A stretch of DNA of 63,985 bases, the filler included, from Reticulomyxa filosa (taxonomy: Eukaryota; Protista; Foraminifera): NCBI GenBank assembly GCA_000512085.1. It is 19 parts of 19 records of this genome, joined end to end, with 100 filler letters (N's around TTAATTAATTAA, not from the genome) between each part and the next. Parts side by side here need not be neighbours in the genome. Positions count along the whole stretch, not along the records: positions 51,587 to 53,625 come from ASPP01003670.1; positions 53,726 to 55,528 come from ASPP01022947.1; positions 55,629 to 56,817 come from ASPP01034657.1; positions 56,918 to 58,440 come from ASPP01017892.1; positions 58,541 to 59,573 come from ASPP01028732.1; positions 59,674 to 60,947 come from ASPP01018924.1; positions 61,048 to 62,269 come from ASPP01020517.1; positions 62,370 to 63,985 come from ASPP01025873.1; 11 more parts are not named here. One strand, 5' to 3'. Positions 51,709 to 63,985 of this stretch are shown piece by piece. A program made the position numbers and the translations under genes. The first letter of the stretch is position 1. The number at the start of each line of letters is the position of its first letter. The notes under the pieces were generated by a model that had not been told where the DNA came from, did no database searches, and saw only the letters and a list, made by a program, of their open reading frames with translations.

Positions 51709-52990
51709 TTATTTCCTTCTAATATATTTTATAATAATTTTCTCAAAATCGTCGATCCATCCTAATTTTATTTCTGAAGTTCGAATCCAATATTGAACAA
51801 TAAGTTTTATTTCAATTTTTGGCTATTCATTATTTATTATTTATTTGTATTTGATTAAATAAATAAAATAAACAAATAATTAATTCATTAATTACCAACT
51901 GTAAGTCATCCCACATATGTACTTTTGTCTTCATGTGAGTTGATAATTCGATATCATCATCTTGTCTTCCACCGATGATGTGTATATGAGTGTTATCTTC
52001 ACTCAAGATTGCAACACAATTATATAATGAATTGGGTAAAGTGTTTTGAAATATCGTCCATTTGTTTTCTTCAATTGAATACTTGTACACTGATTTTGAA
52101 AAAATATGATTATTATGATTCAATCCACCAAAGAACAAGATGATATCATTGATACACACATGTGCATAACAATTGAATAGCACAATATCATCACAAACAG
52201 ATAATTGATGAAATTGAAAAATATTGTCATCTTCATCATATTCAATTGATAATCCTGTCTTGAAATAAAACAACAACATTTCATACTTTTGTTTATTTGT
52301 TTTCATCATTTCTTGTCCTTGTTCTTGTCCATTTTCTGATTTTGATACAAAGCAATGGTAATGAATATAACTATCAGCTGCAATTGGTAAAGTGTCATGT
52401 TTAATAAACTGAAATGAATTTAAGTCAAATACACTAATATTATTATATTGATAAGTGATAAACAACAAATTATTATTTCTTCCACCAATCACTGCACGCA
52501 CTCCAATATAATGATGATTTTCATTTTTTCCAATAATAATTCGATGATTGTGATTGTCTGTGAAAGGAGTCCATTGATTATAATTGTTTAATTCATTTGA
52601 TTTATTTGATATATCTGATATATTACTCCAAACACTTACATATTTCATCATTAATGTATGTTTAAAGAATCCACCAAAGGACAGCAAAGAGATTTGACTT
52701 CTGTCTTTGTTGTTGTTATTATTGTTATCTACTAGTTTTACTACACAGTATCCAATTAATGTAACATCACTTGGATACTCACAGATAAACTTGTATTCGT
52801 TTTTCAGTGTATGATAAGAATAACAAGCTCTTTGACCAAGACCTCCACAAATGAGGAGTTCGTGTTTGTGTAGCACACATTGAGATTGAGAAAGTCGAGT
52901 GGGCAACTCCTTCAAAGTTTGAAAGGAAGTTGAAGTAATAAGATGTTGACTTTGTTTAGTTTCTTTTTGTGTTGTAGTTCGATTACCCAT
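51709..52990 (-). CDS. Kelch-like beta-propeller protein of the lineage-expanded family, two exons (intron 51823-51895)
   Basis: Long intact ORF with GG-containing blades; phase-0 splice to PKIEIKLIVQYWIRTSEIKLGWIDDFEKIIIKYIRRK*. Confidence 0.88.
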
Positions 52991-53469
52991 GTTAAGATTT
53001 TGTTTTTTCAAAAGGGTCACGTCAAATCCACCTTTTTTTTTTGAAAAAAATTAAAGATTTTACATTATTGACATTTTTCGTTTGATAAATGAAACAAAAA
53101 AATTGTACACAATTGAATAAAAGAATAATCAATCAATGATAAAATATTCAAAAAAAAGTTCAAAGCATTTCTTCATCTTGTGTCATCAAAGAAACAACAA
53201 AAGAAGCTGAAACAATGAACTTAAGCTTACCAATGCTTGTTATGTTGAACTTTATTTCTCATTGTTTAAGATTGTCGTTTTTTTACTTTCTTTTGATTTT
53301 TCGCTAATATCTATTGTCTTAAAATGGAAAATACTGATTGAACACAACTCTTTTATTAAGCTTGAAAAGTAAAAATTTGAATATCTGATTTTGAAAACAT
53401 TAAAATCGCATAAATCAGTTGGTTTAAATGTCTTTAGGTTTCTTTTTTTTATTGTTTTTTGCTTTATGA

Positions 53470-53612
53470 TGGAAACAGTCAAAAGAAAAAAAGAAGTCCA
53501 AATAATTATTTACCATTGGATTCAAATATTAAACATTAAATTAGGATTGATCAAAGATTTTGATAAACCTGTTGTCAATTATGCTCATTTAATGTCAATT
53601 AAAATATTTTAA
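53470..53612 (+). pseudogene. Short fragment carrying the same helical motif as the Kelch C-terminus
   Basis: EVQIIIYHWIQILNIKLGLIKDFDK aligns with EIKLIVQYWIRTSEIKLGWIDDFEK. Confidence 0.5.
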
Positions 53613-54494
53613 ATATAGGCATCTANNNNNNNNNNNNNNNNNNNNNNNNNNNNNNNNNNNNNNNNNNNNTTAATTAATTAANNNNNNNNNNNNNNNNNNN
53701 NNNNNNNNNNNNNNNNNNNNNNNNNTTTTTTTTTTTTTTTTTTGTATTGTTCAGTTACTTACTTTCCTACTTCCCAAATTATCTTCATTCTTTTTTTTAT
53801 TTTCTTTTTTCCTTCTTTATTTAATTTTTTTTCAAAATAGGAAGTAGACGCAGCCTTGTCAAAATTAGATTTTTTTTTTTACTTGAACCCCTTTCACCGT
53901 TTTAATTAGTTGCCAAAATGTAATCATTATTTTTTTCATCCAGATCATTTCTTCTTCTTTAGACAAAAATGAATTAAAATGAAGAAATAATGTAATTATG
54001 AATGATTGAAGTGGATTGTTTTTCCACATTGCGATTCTATCTAAAAAAAATGAGTTAGATTGTGAGTTTTTAAAAAAAATTAGTTGTAATTTTTTATTTT
54101 CTGATTTGACATGGTGTTTTGTTTGCACAGCACAATTTAGCTCAATTACTTCTCTTTTTTTTTAATGCACACTCAAAAAAATTAAATGAACCAAATTTTT
54201 TTTTTTGCAAAAAAAAAAAAAAACAACAGAAAATGCCATCAACAGTAAAAATGTCAACCAAAAATATTGATAACGATAATTTTTTGTTTATAATGCGATC
54301 AAATCAAGCAATTCATCTTTTATTCTGCGTTTCAAAGTATTTTTAATGTATTTATTTAAACGATAACTTTAGAAAATAGGTGAATCACTCAAAGCTATTT
54401 TTAAAAATAGAAATAGATCAAAAAATTAATAACTCAAACACAACCTTACACCCTTGCTACCCCTGTTGGAGGAAAAAAAAAAAGAATACAAAAG

Positions 54495-55528
54495 ATGGCC
54501 ACACTTGCTAGCCCTAAAAAGCGCACCACTTATGACTCCATTGTTGACACTGACTTACTTGTACTTGAGCCAAGCTCAAAAAAGATAAAAGCGCAAATCA
54601 GTATGCTGGAAGAGGGAAAGACGAACGAGAAACGAGAAAACGAGAAAAAAGAAGAGGATAATAATGATTCATGGACAAAAGACCCAAACAAAAAGCAATC
54701 AGATTTCCGCAACTACATCAACAGTAGAAGACAAGAAAAAGTGGAAAAATTTTACAAAGAACAACACTCTAAAATGACTTATGAAGTAGTAATGAAAAAA
54801 CATAAGGAGTATTTATCCTTTAATAGATGCGAGATGACAGTGTTACGTAAAAAAAAAATAAAAAAATAAAATGTAAGATAACATGTTGCAAAATGGGAGC
54901 ATCGAGAAAAGGATTATTAAAAAAACAAAAACAAAATAGCTGGGACATGTTACGCTACATGGATCAAGTTATGGATGACAGTGATCCAGACACAAATTTA
55001 ACTCAAGTTAAATAATTTTTTTTTTTTTTTTAAAAAATTATTTATTTCAAAAAAATTTTGTTGAATTATAGATTGAGCACGCAGTTCAAACCGCTGAAGC
55101 AGCACGAATGGTGCATCCAGAACCAGAGTATGATTGGTTTCATTTAACTGGATTAATTCATGATTTAGGAAAAATATTGACTGTCGTTGATGAATCAAAG
55201 GGCTTAAAAGGTGAAGAACAATGGTGTGTTGCTGGAGATACATTCCCAGTGGGATGCCAATTTAGTGAGACAAACATTTTTTATGAATATTTTAAAGATA
55301 ATCCTGATTTCCAAAATAAGAAGTATAATACACTTTATGGTATTTATCAACCTAAGTGTGGATTAGATCAAGTAATTATGTCTTGGGGACATGATGAATA
55401 TCTTTACCAAGTTATACTTTTTTTTTTTTATAGATGTTACATTTTTTATGAAAAGAAAAAAAGAAATTGCTTAATTTAAAAAAAAAAAAAAAAGATTGCC
55501 AAAGATCAAAGTACATTACCTCAAGTGG
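54495..55528 (+). CDS. MIOX: myo-Inositol oxygenase, 3'-partial, at least four exons
   Basis: [54 protein letters not shown] and [10 protein letters not shown]. Confidence 0.97.
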
Positions 55529-58199
55529 NNNNNNNNNNNNNNNNNNNNNNNNNNNNNNNNNNNNNNNNNNNNTTAATTAATTAANNNNNNNNNNNNNNNN
55601 NNNNNNNNNNNNNNNNNNNNNNNNNNNNTGTCAAATATTAAAATATATCCAGTGTCATTTAGTCACCACCGATGATGACAGAAACGATATTGATCCAATC
55701 TATTGACAAAACGCAGTACATTACGTTGTTATCAAATTTGGTCTCTTTTGTATATCGCAATCAAAATTCAAAAGTTGATTGCTTTGTGGTAAGTTCACAA
55801 GTCAATTCGCACAATTTGAAGTACACCAACATAAGAAAGATTAATACGAGTGGTGTTCGAGCGAATGCGTATTCCATGAACAACTTCTCTTATAACGTAG
55901 AATCCTGCTATCATTTGAACTCCCAAGCACATAAAATGGCAAAGATCAATCATCAAAGTTCTATTTCAAGGTATATATTTTATTTTTATCATGTGTAATA
56001 TGTAACAATGTGAACATAGATATTTTCATTGTACAGTGGTTTGCTTCAGATTTGTATTGAAAAAAAAGAAATATGAAGAGGAAGAAGAAAAATACATTAA
56101 GAGAAAGGAAAACAAATGACAATCGATGATATCATAAACATATGAATTAATGTAAGAAATATCACAAATGCTAATGGATCGTGCAAGGTGAATTTATCGA
56201 GTGAAGCAAGTGGACAGTGCAAATAAAGAGAATCGATGCAATTAATCCATAAAAGATGTTGGCATATGTCATCAAAATTATGAGTTGTTATGGGTGCTAT
56301 TAATGTAAATGAATCGAAGTGACAATGGACATTGTGTATTTATATTCACACAACAACATCCAGATTAGCATTCAAGTCATCATATGCATAATTGATTAAC
56401 TATCCGTCGTTATCATTCAAATGTATTATCGATTATGTATATGTGGCTCCCGATATCGACACACCAAAGATGCATGGAGTCATTTCCGATATAAAATTGG
56501 TATAATCTTCGTGTTGATTTGGTGATAGATATCAAAGCTTTGGTATGTCGCAATTGGATTCAAAATAACAGTGGCTATTATTGTCAAGGAAGATCGAAAG
56601 TAAATGATTGGATTGAATGACTTAAAAAGAAAATTGAAGTTAAACAAACATTGATTACTTTTGTCTTTCTTTTAAAGCAGTTGTTTGTTGTCTTTGTATT
56701 TACAGCAACTGGGATGTGTCAAGTCCACTAGTGGTTAGAATATGGAGCTTCAAACGAAGAAGGGGACGCACAGAAGTGCAGAAGCAAGGACTACTATTTT
56801 GATTAGAACGGAGGTATNNNNNNNNNNNNNNNNNNNNNNNNNNNNNNNNNNNNNNNNNNNNTTAATTAATTAANNNNNNNNNNNNNNNNNNNNNNNNNNN
56901 NNNNNNNNNNNNNNNNNGTAAAATGTAAATGGATTACAAGCGATTTATAGAAATGTCAAGTTTTTGGAAAACGTAATTTGTTGTTTTATGCACACTCATT
57001 ATAATTCAATGCAGAAAAAGTTGGTCTTTTTTAAAAAATTCTTTTCACTTAAAAAGACTAAATTGATTAAAAAAAAAAAAGTTTAATGGAAAAAGCGACA
57101 ATATTAAGTGTTTCAAGATGTTCAAAGCAGCCAGTCATACAAAGATGCTACCAGCTTACAATTTCTTCATCTTTCGTCTAATTAATTTCATAACGTATTG
57201 CTTGGTTATATAAAGCAATGACAAGAAATTGACAACAATATCTTTTGATATTTCAATAATATAACATGCAAAACTGTTCGACAGAAAACTGGGCGTATGT
57301 GGCAGTTCCAGCAAATCGATGCGACGAAGAGTTATCAGTGAAAAATGAGCTGAAAGAGTTGGCGAATGCGACCACACTCACATATCGCGTAGTGCTACAC
57401 AACAGTACATTAACTTATCCTTGCAGTATTGACACATGATATTCGAACGTTAAACAAGTTGTTTGGATTTTCGCGAACTTTATTTTGGTCATGTATTTTT
57501 GATGGAGTCAGTACTTCACTTGATTCGCATGTATACGTAGATCAAAGTGATATGGTCGCCATCTATGGATACGGACGAAAGGACTATCATTTATCACCAT
57601 AGGAAACCCCTGGACAAATTTCCTTCATGACCTTCGTCAAGGCACAAATTTGAAATTACTCAGAGCATTTATCGCGTTTAGGACGATAACACGCATACAA
57701 AAAAATCATTAATCACATAGAACATAAGATCACAATCTAACTCAAAATAAATAAAAAAACAGTGTCACTATTCAATGAGAAAAAATTTGAAGATGATAGA
57801 TGTTTTTAATTGCAAAACAGAAGAATGTAAGAAAAGATGGAAATCAGTATCAATATTATTAAATTTGTATTATTAGACAATATATCAAAAACGTAATTAT
57901 ATTGAAAAACAGCGACAACAACTAAATTACAACACATTTCTTTTTTCAGATTATAAATGAATATAATATCCATTCATTCATATAATAAACCTAGGTTTGG
58001 AAATATGCACATTTAAGACACATTTTAAAGAGTTGAATATACTGATTCTAAAAGAATTATATGTAAAAAAGATTTGAAGTTGTTATAAATAAAGTAATTT
58101 TTAGAACAAATTGAAAGAATACTAACATTATTTTTGAATCATTTACAAGAATAAATAAAATATATTGTCTCAATACACTACAAAAACATTTTGAAAAAA

Positions 58200-58380
58200 G
58201 TTCCTTTTGAATGCAATAATAAGTAATATCCCAATAATGCAATAGAGTTTGTCGATGTTCATTACAGGAAGCATTTATGTCAATGTCAGGATGATTTTGC
58301 AATTTTTGCTTCATAAATAGCAATATAATGTTCTTTATACGTATTTCTATGTTGGCACTCTGTAATTTCAATAAGAGGGG
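58200..58380 (-). pseudogene. Ankyrin-repeat-like fragment
   Basis: LQNHPDIDINASCNEHRQTLLHY resembles an ankyrin repeat junction; the surrounding frame is degraded. Confidence 0.35.
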
Positions 58381-58540
58381 AATGGGATGTGATCATTATG
58401 GTCCTATTTTGCGTTGTTTATTGCAATAATATATTAACTTNNNNNNNNNNNNNNNNNNNNNNNNNNNNNNNNNNNNNNNNNNNNTTAATTAATTAANNNN
58501 NNNNNNNNNNNNNNNNNNNNNNNNNNNNNNNNNNNNNNNN

Positions 58541-59225
58541 GCAAAATGGATTGTCCTTCGATCAACTACGCTCAAGGTCTTTGAGGGAATCAAATCAGAT
58601 GTCGAAAAAATGTTAACAAAGATTGGATATGAAAGAGAAAATTTGACAAAAGTTAGTGAAAACATGTCATTGATGGAAAGAATTTTCAATTCAAATTGAA
58701 AAAAATACGATTACTGGTGCAACATTAATGGATGCTTGGAGAAAACCGGTAATCAACCAAAAAGACAAAGAGATCCAGTCAGTTGGTGATGTTATCACTG
58801 GACGTATTGAACAAGGAACAATTACCAATCGGTATCACTGTTCGTTTTTATCCAACTAATGCATTTTCTATTGAAATGCACCACAGAATAATCGACAAGG
58901 CCGAAGCTGGTGACGTTGGTGTGAACATGAAAAATTCGAAAAAAGAAAATATGACACACCGGTGATTTGCATTGATGACCCTGTTTTAGATCATGACCCA
59001 CCAAAACAAGCCACCATTTTGTATTTGTTCAGGATCACTCAGGACAAGTAAAAGCTGCAATTAGTGATGGAAAAGGTAACAATGAAGCATAAAAGAGGAT
59101 TTACCCAATCGATTCATATCCGAACTATTAAAGGTCCTTGTCAAATGTTGGAAATCAAATGGAAAATGGAAAATCAACGAACAATGAAAAAGTTAAGGGT
59201 GCCACTTTTCATTGAAGCTTGATTA
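58541..59225 (+). pseudogene. Elongation factor EF-1alpha-like (EFL-type) pseudogene fragment
   Basis: Frameshifted pieces KMD.P..NYAQ, ITGRIEQG, FSIEMHH....AEAGD.VG.N, FVQDH.GQ.K and SIHIRT.KGPCQMLEIKWKM. RIEQG, QDHPGQ-like and I.WKM fit EFL better than canonical eEF1A. Confidence 0.8.
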
Positions 59226-59789
59226 CGCCTAAAAAGAATTTTTCAAATGATAATAATAATAACTTATATTGTGTTGTATTGTTATAGGATGAATGGCTGC
59301 CATGGACTTGAACTCGTTGATTTTGTTGGGAAAAGTTGTGTCAGTGGAATACAAATAAAAGAACAAAATAATTGAAATGCTATCGACACAAAAAATTTTA
59401 AATGGATGATTATTTTGTTTTAAAAATTCCACTTTTTTTTCTTATCGTGCAATACGTTTATGTAAGCACGAATTCAATTTGAATATCTTCCCACATTGAC
59501 ATACATTATGTACATCATATCCACCTTCATAACATTTTTTTGATTAGAAAAAAATTCATCTGATACTTCTCTCNNNNNNNNNNNNNNNNNNNNNNNNNNN
59601 NNNNNNNNNNNNNNNNNTTAATTAATTAANNNNNNNNNNNNNNNNNNNNNNNNNNNNNNNNNNNNNNNNNNNNTGTTTGTTGTTTACTTTTTGTATTGCA
59701 GTGTGTATTTAGTACTGCTTGTCTGAATTCAACAGCAACATTCTATCTCCATAAAAAAAAGAAAAAGGTGAAAGGAAATCAATAATGTT

Positions 59790-60830
59790 TTGTAGCTTCT
59801 ATCGAAGAAGCAAATCAAATATCAACCAGATGAAACTAAAATTGCACCAGCAATTGTATGTTTCAATTTGGATGTATTTGAAAAAGAACTAAAGGAAGCA
59901 AGGAAAATTGGAGGTGACATAATCCTGCTTGGTTAGATGATAATGTTGGTGACATCAGCAAAATTATATTGGATTCTATTATCAGTAATAATCTACAGAT
60001 TATGAATACATCTCCATTTCATCACACACTCAATCATTTGTCTCTTGATATCAGGATTTGACCAATTCGCTTTGATGCTGAATGTGATTGGTAAATGGTC
60101 AGATTCCACATTCAGCTCATGTTCGATCTCCAACAATGAAATATTTTATCGACAGGGACAATACATTGATATCTGGAAGCAGTCTCTTCTTCTTCAAACC
60201 AGATACAATCAGGACTATGATCTTTGGATGTTAAACAAATAATCATTCAATCCAACTTTACAAGTGATCAACCGACAAATGATCTTGCCTTGACTAAATG
60301 TCAATGAATGCTAACAATCTTCTCACATGATTGTGCTTCCATCTATTCAATGACGCTGATCTGTGTTGTGGAATCAAATCTAGTTGCAATTGTAACGCTT
60401 TCCTGCGAGCGTTATTTGCAACAAGACCACTTTATCATTACCTTTAATCCAATAGATCTCTGGTACGTTATCCTCATTAAATGATTTCAATATCTTCTGA
60501 CAATCAGAATACCATTGCATTAATCACAAACTTGCAATCAGTCAGGATAATCACTCCACAATGGAATCTGAGATTGCATTGAAATATGTCGGTGATCATT
60601 ACAGATCCAATATTGTTCGTAATACCATTGATCGGATATTACAATTCCAACCATTTGGGTCTTGAATTACAAGTCCTGCACCTCCAATACCAGGATTTGG
60701 ATATGTGCTTCCATCACAAAATATAACAATTATCATCAAACGATACCAGAATCTGGCCTGATGTTGGTTCACTGAAATTGCAAAGGTTATTTGTTCGATT
60801 GTGTCATCATTGCAATTTGCATTGGTGGAA
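59790..60830. mobile_element. Two LINE relics in opposite orientation: endonuclease-like fragment (+, ~59790-60250) and RNase H fragment (-, ~60340-60830)
   Basis: 60350-60750 is clearly homologous to 49130-49570. The plus part shows ASIEE..., GDIILLG and SLDI pieces reminiscent of an AP-endonuclease; this second call is weaker. Confidence 0.65.
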
Positions 60831-61099
60831 CATTTGGGATTGTATGTGAATCAGGGCAAACCAAACAACCAATCGGGTGTTTTCTAAGAATACTTTTATT
60901 AAAAAAAAGAAAATTTGTCTAAGTTGTGAAAAAGATTTGTTCAAATANNNNNNNNNNNNNNNNNNNNNNNNNNNNNNNNNNNNNNNNNNNNTTAATTAAT
61001 TAANNNNNNNNNNNNNNNNNNNNNNNNNNNNNNNNNNNNNNNNNNNNTAATAATAACAATGGCACCCCTCAAATAAAGATATTAATAATGGAAATAGTA

Positions 61100-62214
61100 A
61101 TAACGAAGAAGAAGAAGAAGAAGATGATGACGACGTATCCATTCAACAACATGGGTTTGCATCGGGGATGAAATTGGGAATCGAATTGGCAGACGTGAAA
61201 AAGAAAAAGTACGCACTGCAATCGATGGAAGAGGGGCTGTTATTAGCGACGGAAACGTCGGACGAGACGTGGCAAAAGTTTGAGTTGAAGATGACATTGG
61301 ACGCGAAGGACCGCTGTGGGAAATGGTATGAGGCGACGGTCATGGACATTAAAAACATTGGAGAGGCGGTGACAAAGGACCATCGGATCAAGCCGGAAAG
61401 GGACGATGTCGAAAAGCTCAAGCAATGTTTGGGGTTGTTTGTGAAGTACAAAGGCTGGGAAGAAAAGTGGAATGACTGGATTTACGTGCAGAAAAATACT
61501 ATTTGTCATTGCAAGCTGTCCTGCGACTTTCCGGACCATCGCTTGGCAGTCTTGAAGACACAGTCACGATTCAAGTCATCTGAGTCGCAAGGAGGGCAAG
61601 GAGGGTATGTGTGTCACTACGATAATATTCTTTTGATCCACTATTTCAAATTTCTCTGACAATAACAAAAAAAAAAATAAATAAATAAATAAAATAGCGC
61701 GTACATGCCAGAGATGACACGACAGGCAACAGTGACAGGCTCTCCAAGCACGGAAGGGGTGGTCGGACTATCGAATTTGGGCAACACGTGCTTCATGAAC
61801 AGCATCATTCAATGTGTATCAAACACCCCTCCGCTGCGCAACTTTTTCGTATCGGGACAATACAAGAGCGAAATCAACAAGGACAACCCGTTGGGCCAAC
61901 AAGGGAGACTGGCACATGAGTTTGCACGTCTGCTCACCGACATTTGGAGCGGCAAGTTTCGCGTGGTCGCGCCGCGCTCGTTCAAGAGGGCCATTAGCAA
62001 CTTTGCGCCCATGTTCAGCGGATGGCAGCAACACGACTCGCAGGAGTTCCTCGGCTATGTCTTGGACGGCTTGCACGAAGACCTCAATCTGGTCAAAACC
62101 AAGCCTTATACTGAGAAGATCGAAAGCGACGGACGTCCCGATACGGAGGTGGCCAAGTTGTCGTGGAAGTTGCATTTGATGAGAAATCAATCCAAGATTG
62201 TCGACTTGTTTCAG
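61100..62214 (+). CDS. Ubiquitin-specific protease (USP4/11/15-like catalytic N-part) preceded by a Tudor/MBT-like module; partial at both ends
   Basis: Cys box GLSNLGNTCFMNSIIQC, QQHDSQEFL..LDGLHEDLN and RNQSKIVDLFQ. The upstream exon has LDAKDRCGKWYEATV..FVKYKGWEEKWNDWI. Confidence 0.93.
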
Positions 62215-63985
62215 GTTCGTATGTGTATGTGCGTGTATAGGATTTTTTTTTTTTTTTTTTTTATAATACNNNNNNNNNNNNNNNNNNNNNNNNNNNNNNN
62301 NNNNNNNNNNNNNTTAATTAATTAANNNNNNNNNNNNNNNNNNNNNNNNNNNNNNNNNNNNNNNNNNNNATGAAAATATATTGTTATAAGCTATTCCTTT
62401 TCTTCCGTAATTGCTGTTTGACGTTTTTTTGGCGTTCATTGATTTTTTTGGGATAATGATGCACGAAAACAACACGTACAACTTTCTCAAGTAAAGGAAT
62501 ATTTCGTCAAAAAACTGACACATTTTTTTGTCAGGTTCACAGTAGGAAAAAACTTATCTCCCGACTAAATACATCACTTGGCATGAATCAAAACGTGTAA
62601 GTAGCTAAGATATCCTTCATAATTATATAATCGCAAAATGAAAAAAAAAGCTACGAATTCCAGATTATATGTTGGCATGCAAATTCTAATTGTTTGACTT
62701 TCATTTTAATTAGTTTGTCCAGTATGAATCCAGTTTTTGAATTGGTCAATTTCGTGACTTTTACAGTTACACAATACTATAGCACATGTTGTGTTAATTA
62801 GAAAAATATCCATCGTATTATTATTCTGTCATGCAAAACGTGTTATCACAAACAGAAACAATTTTTTAAAAAATATTTGTAAAATTTCAAAAAAAGAAGT
62901 GTCAATCACGTAAAATGAAAAGGGTATAAATGATGAAATTTTTCTATTGAGATAAATATTAATTATAATGAAAAAAAATAAAAAATATATATATCGAATG
63001 CCCTTGACTTCGGCAACAATTGGAGACATTTTCATGAAATAATCTCAACTTTTAATTTTTATTTATACTCTGATTAAATCACATTCATCACACTTTTTAT
63101 AATATTTTTTTAAAAGAATAAAACTTATTGTATTTACATTTAAAATTTGTAAGCTTTGCTAGAAATTGATTTTCACATTTGTAAGCAATTACATTCATTT
63201 CCTTCAAACGCACAGCCAGCAACATTTAACGCTGTGCTTTGAATTATATTTTCATAAATCAAATCTAAGATTGTACATACTCAATCAAGTTCTTCCAAGA
63301 AAATATTTTTTGTGCAAGTTTTTCGTCTATCTAAAAATGGAATGGTTATTTGGAAAAATATCTCTTTTCTTTCAAAGAAAAGAAAAGGTGCATCTAGCTC
63401 CTTTTTTTCAACAAAAATGTATTGACATAAAAAAGTGTTTTATGAAATGCAGAGGATGCTGTAAAAAAAAGTTTCTGTATAACTTTCCACTAATAATGGA
63501 AAAACCTGCAAAATTTCATTTCCGTAAACTCAAAAAAGCCAAATGAAAATAAATTGTTTAACACGTACACTCGAAACAGCTTGTGCACAAACATATATCA
63601 AAAAAATGACTTAAAAAAAAAACAAACAATTAAAAAAAGTGTCCGCAACCAAAAAAAAGTGGTTTTAATTTTGTCCGTTTTTTAAGGCAAAAAAATGGAC
63701 AAAAATAAAAATTACAAGCATGGACAAACCAACCTTTTTTGAAAAATATCAAACTAAATTTTTACCAAACCAACCAACAAAACAAAAAGAACGAGGGAAA
63801 AAACAAAAATAGGAGAAATATCGGATACAATAAAACATCACTCTCTCTCTTTGCTCTGATTAGGTTTTTAAAAAAAGAAAGAAAACCCAACAACGACAAC
63901 AACAAAAAAAAACCACTGGGAAAAAATAATTAATAAAAAAGAAAAAAAGTAAACAAGTAAAAAATAAATCGAAGTTTTTTTTTTT

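Noticed and set aside
55629-56817. Possible decayed tyrosine recombinase or other element (TSGVRA motif)
   Set aside because: Only one weak motif is visible and no R-H-R-Y catalytic set could be traced; left unannotated.
9695-62369. Regularly recurring TTAATTAATTAA palindromes flanked by N runs, superficially like a repeat array
   Set aside because: Artificial six-frame-stop contig linkers. ORFs containing X runs or ending in LIN/N are artefacts, and adjacency across linkers has no biological meaning.
62370-63985. Short ORFs in the last contig
   Set aside because: AT-rich low-complexity translations with no recognisable motif; a spliced minus-strand gene starting near 63035 is possible but unsupported.

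Overview
AT-rich, intron-containing eukaryotic DNA. The window is not contiguous: it is 19 short contigs joined by artificial ~100-nt linkers (N-run + TTAATTAATTAA + N-run), so gene adjacency is meaningful only within a contig. The expanded Kelch, TRAF-WD40 and NACHT-WD40 families, the EFL-like relic and the A-rich intron ends suggest a foraminiferan such as Reticulomyxa filosa (inference, not checked). Recognisable housekeeping genes, mostly partial, are sideroflexin, HMG-CoA lyase, 14-3-3, a MAPEG protein, a STE20/MST-like kinase, cytosolic MDH, MIOX and a USP4/11/15-like deubiquitinase; decayed LINE and EFL relics are also present. The strongest candidate for a new system is an NLR-like gene (4227 to >9694, minus strand). 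It joins a RelA/SpoT-type nucleotidyltransferase domain to a NACHT NTPase, pentapeptide repeats and 14 tandem WD40 repeats with variable surface positions, suggesting a sensor-gated alarmone-type nucleotide synthase. Other highlights are an intronless bacterial-type methylglyoxal synthase on a eukaryotic contig, a small-GTPase-PH-C2-phosphatidylserine-decarboxylase fusion with apparently broken catalytic motifs, a Hippo-like kinase with a SARAH-like tail, an SH2 domain, and a long hairpin upstream of two tandem RING-H2 genes. All domain calls come from reading motifs by eye; no searches were run.
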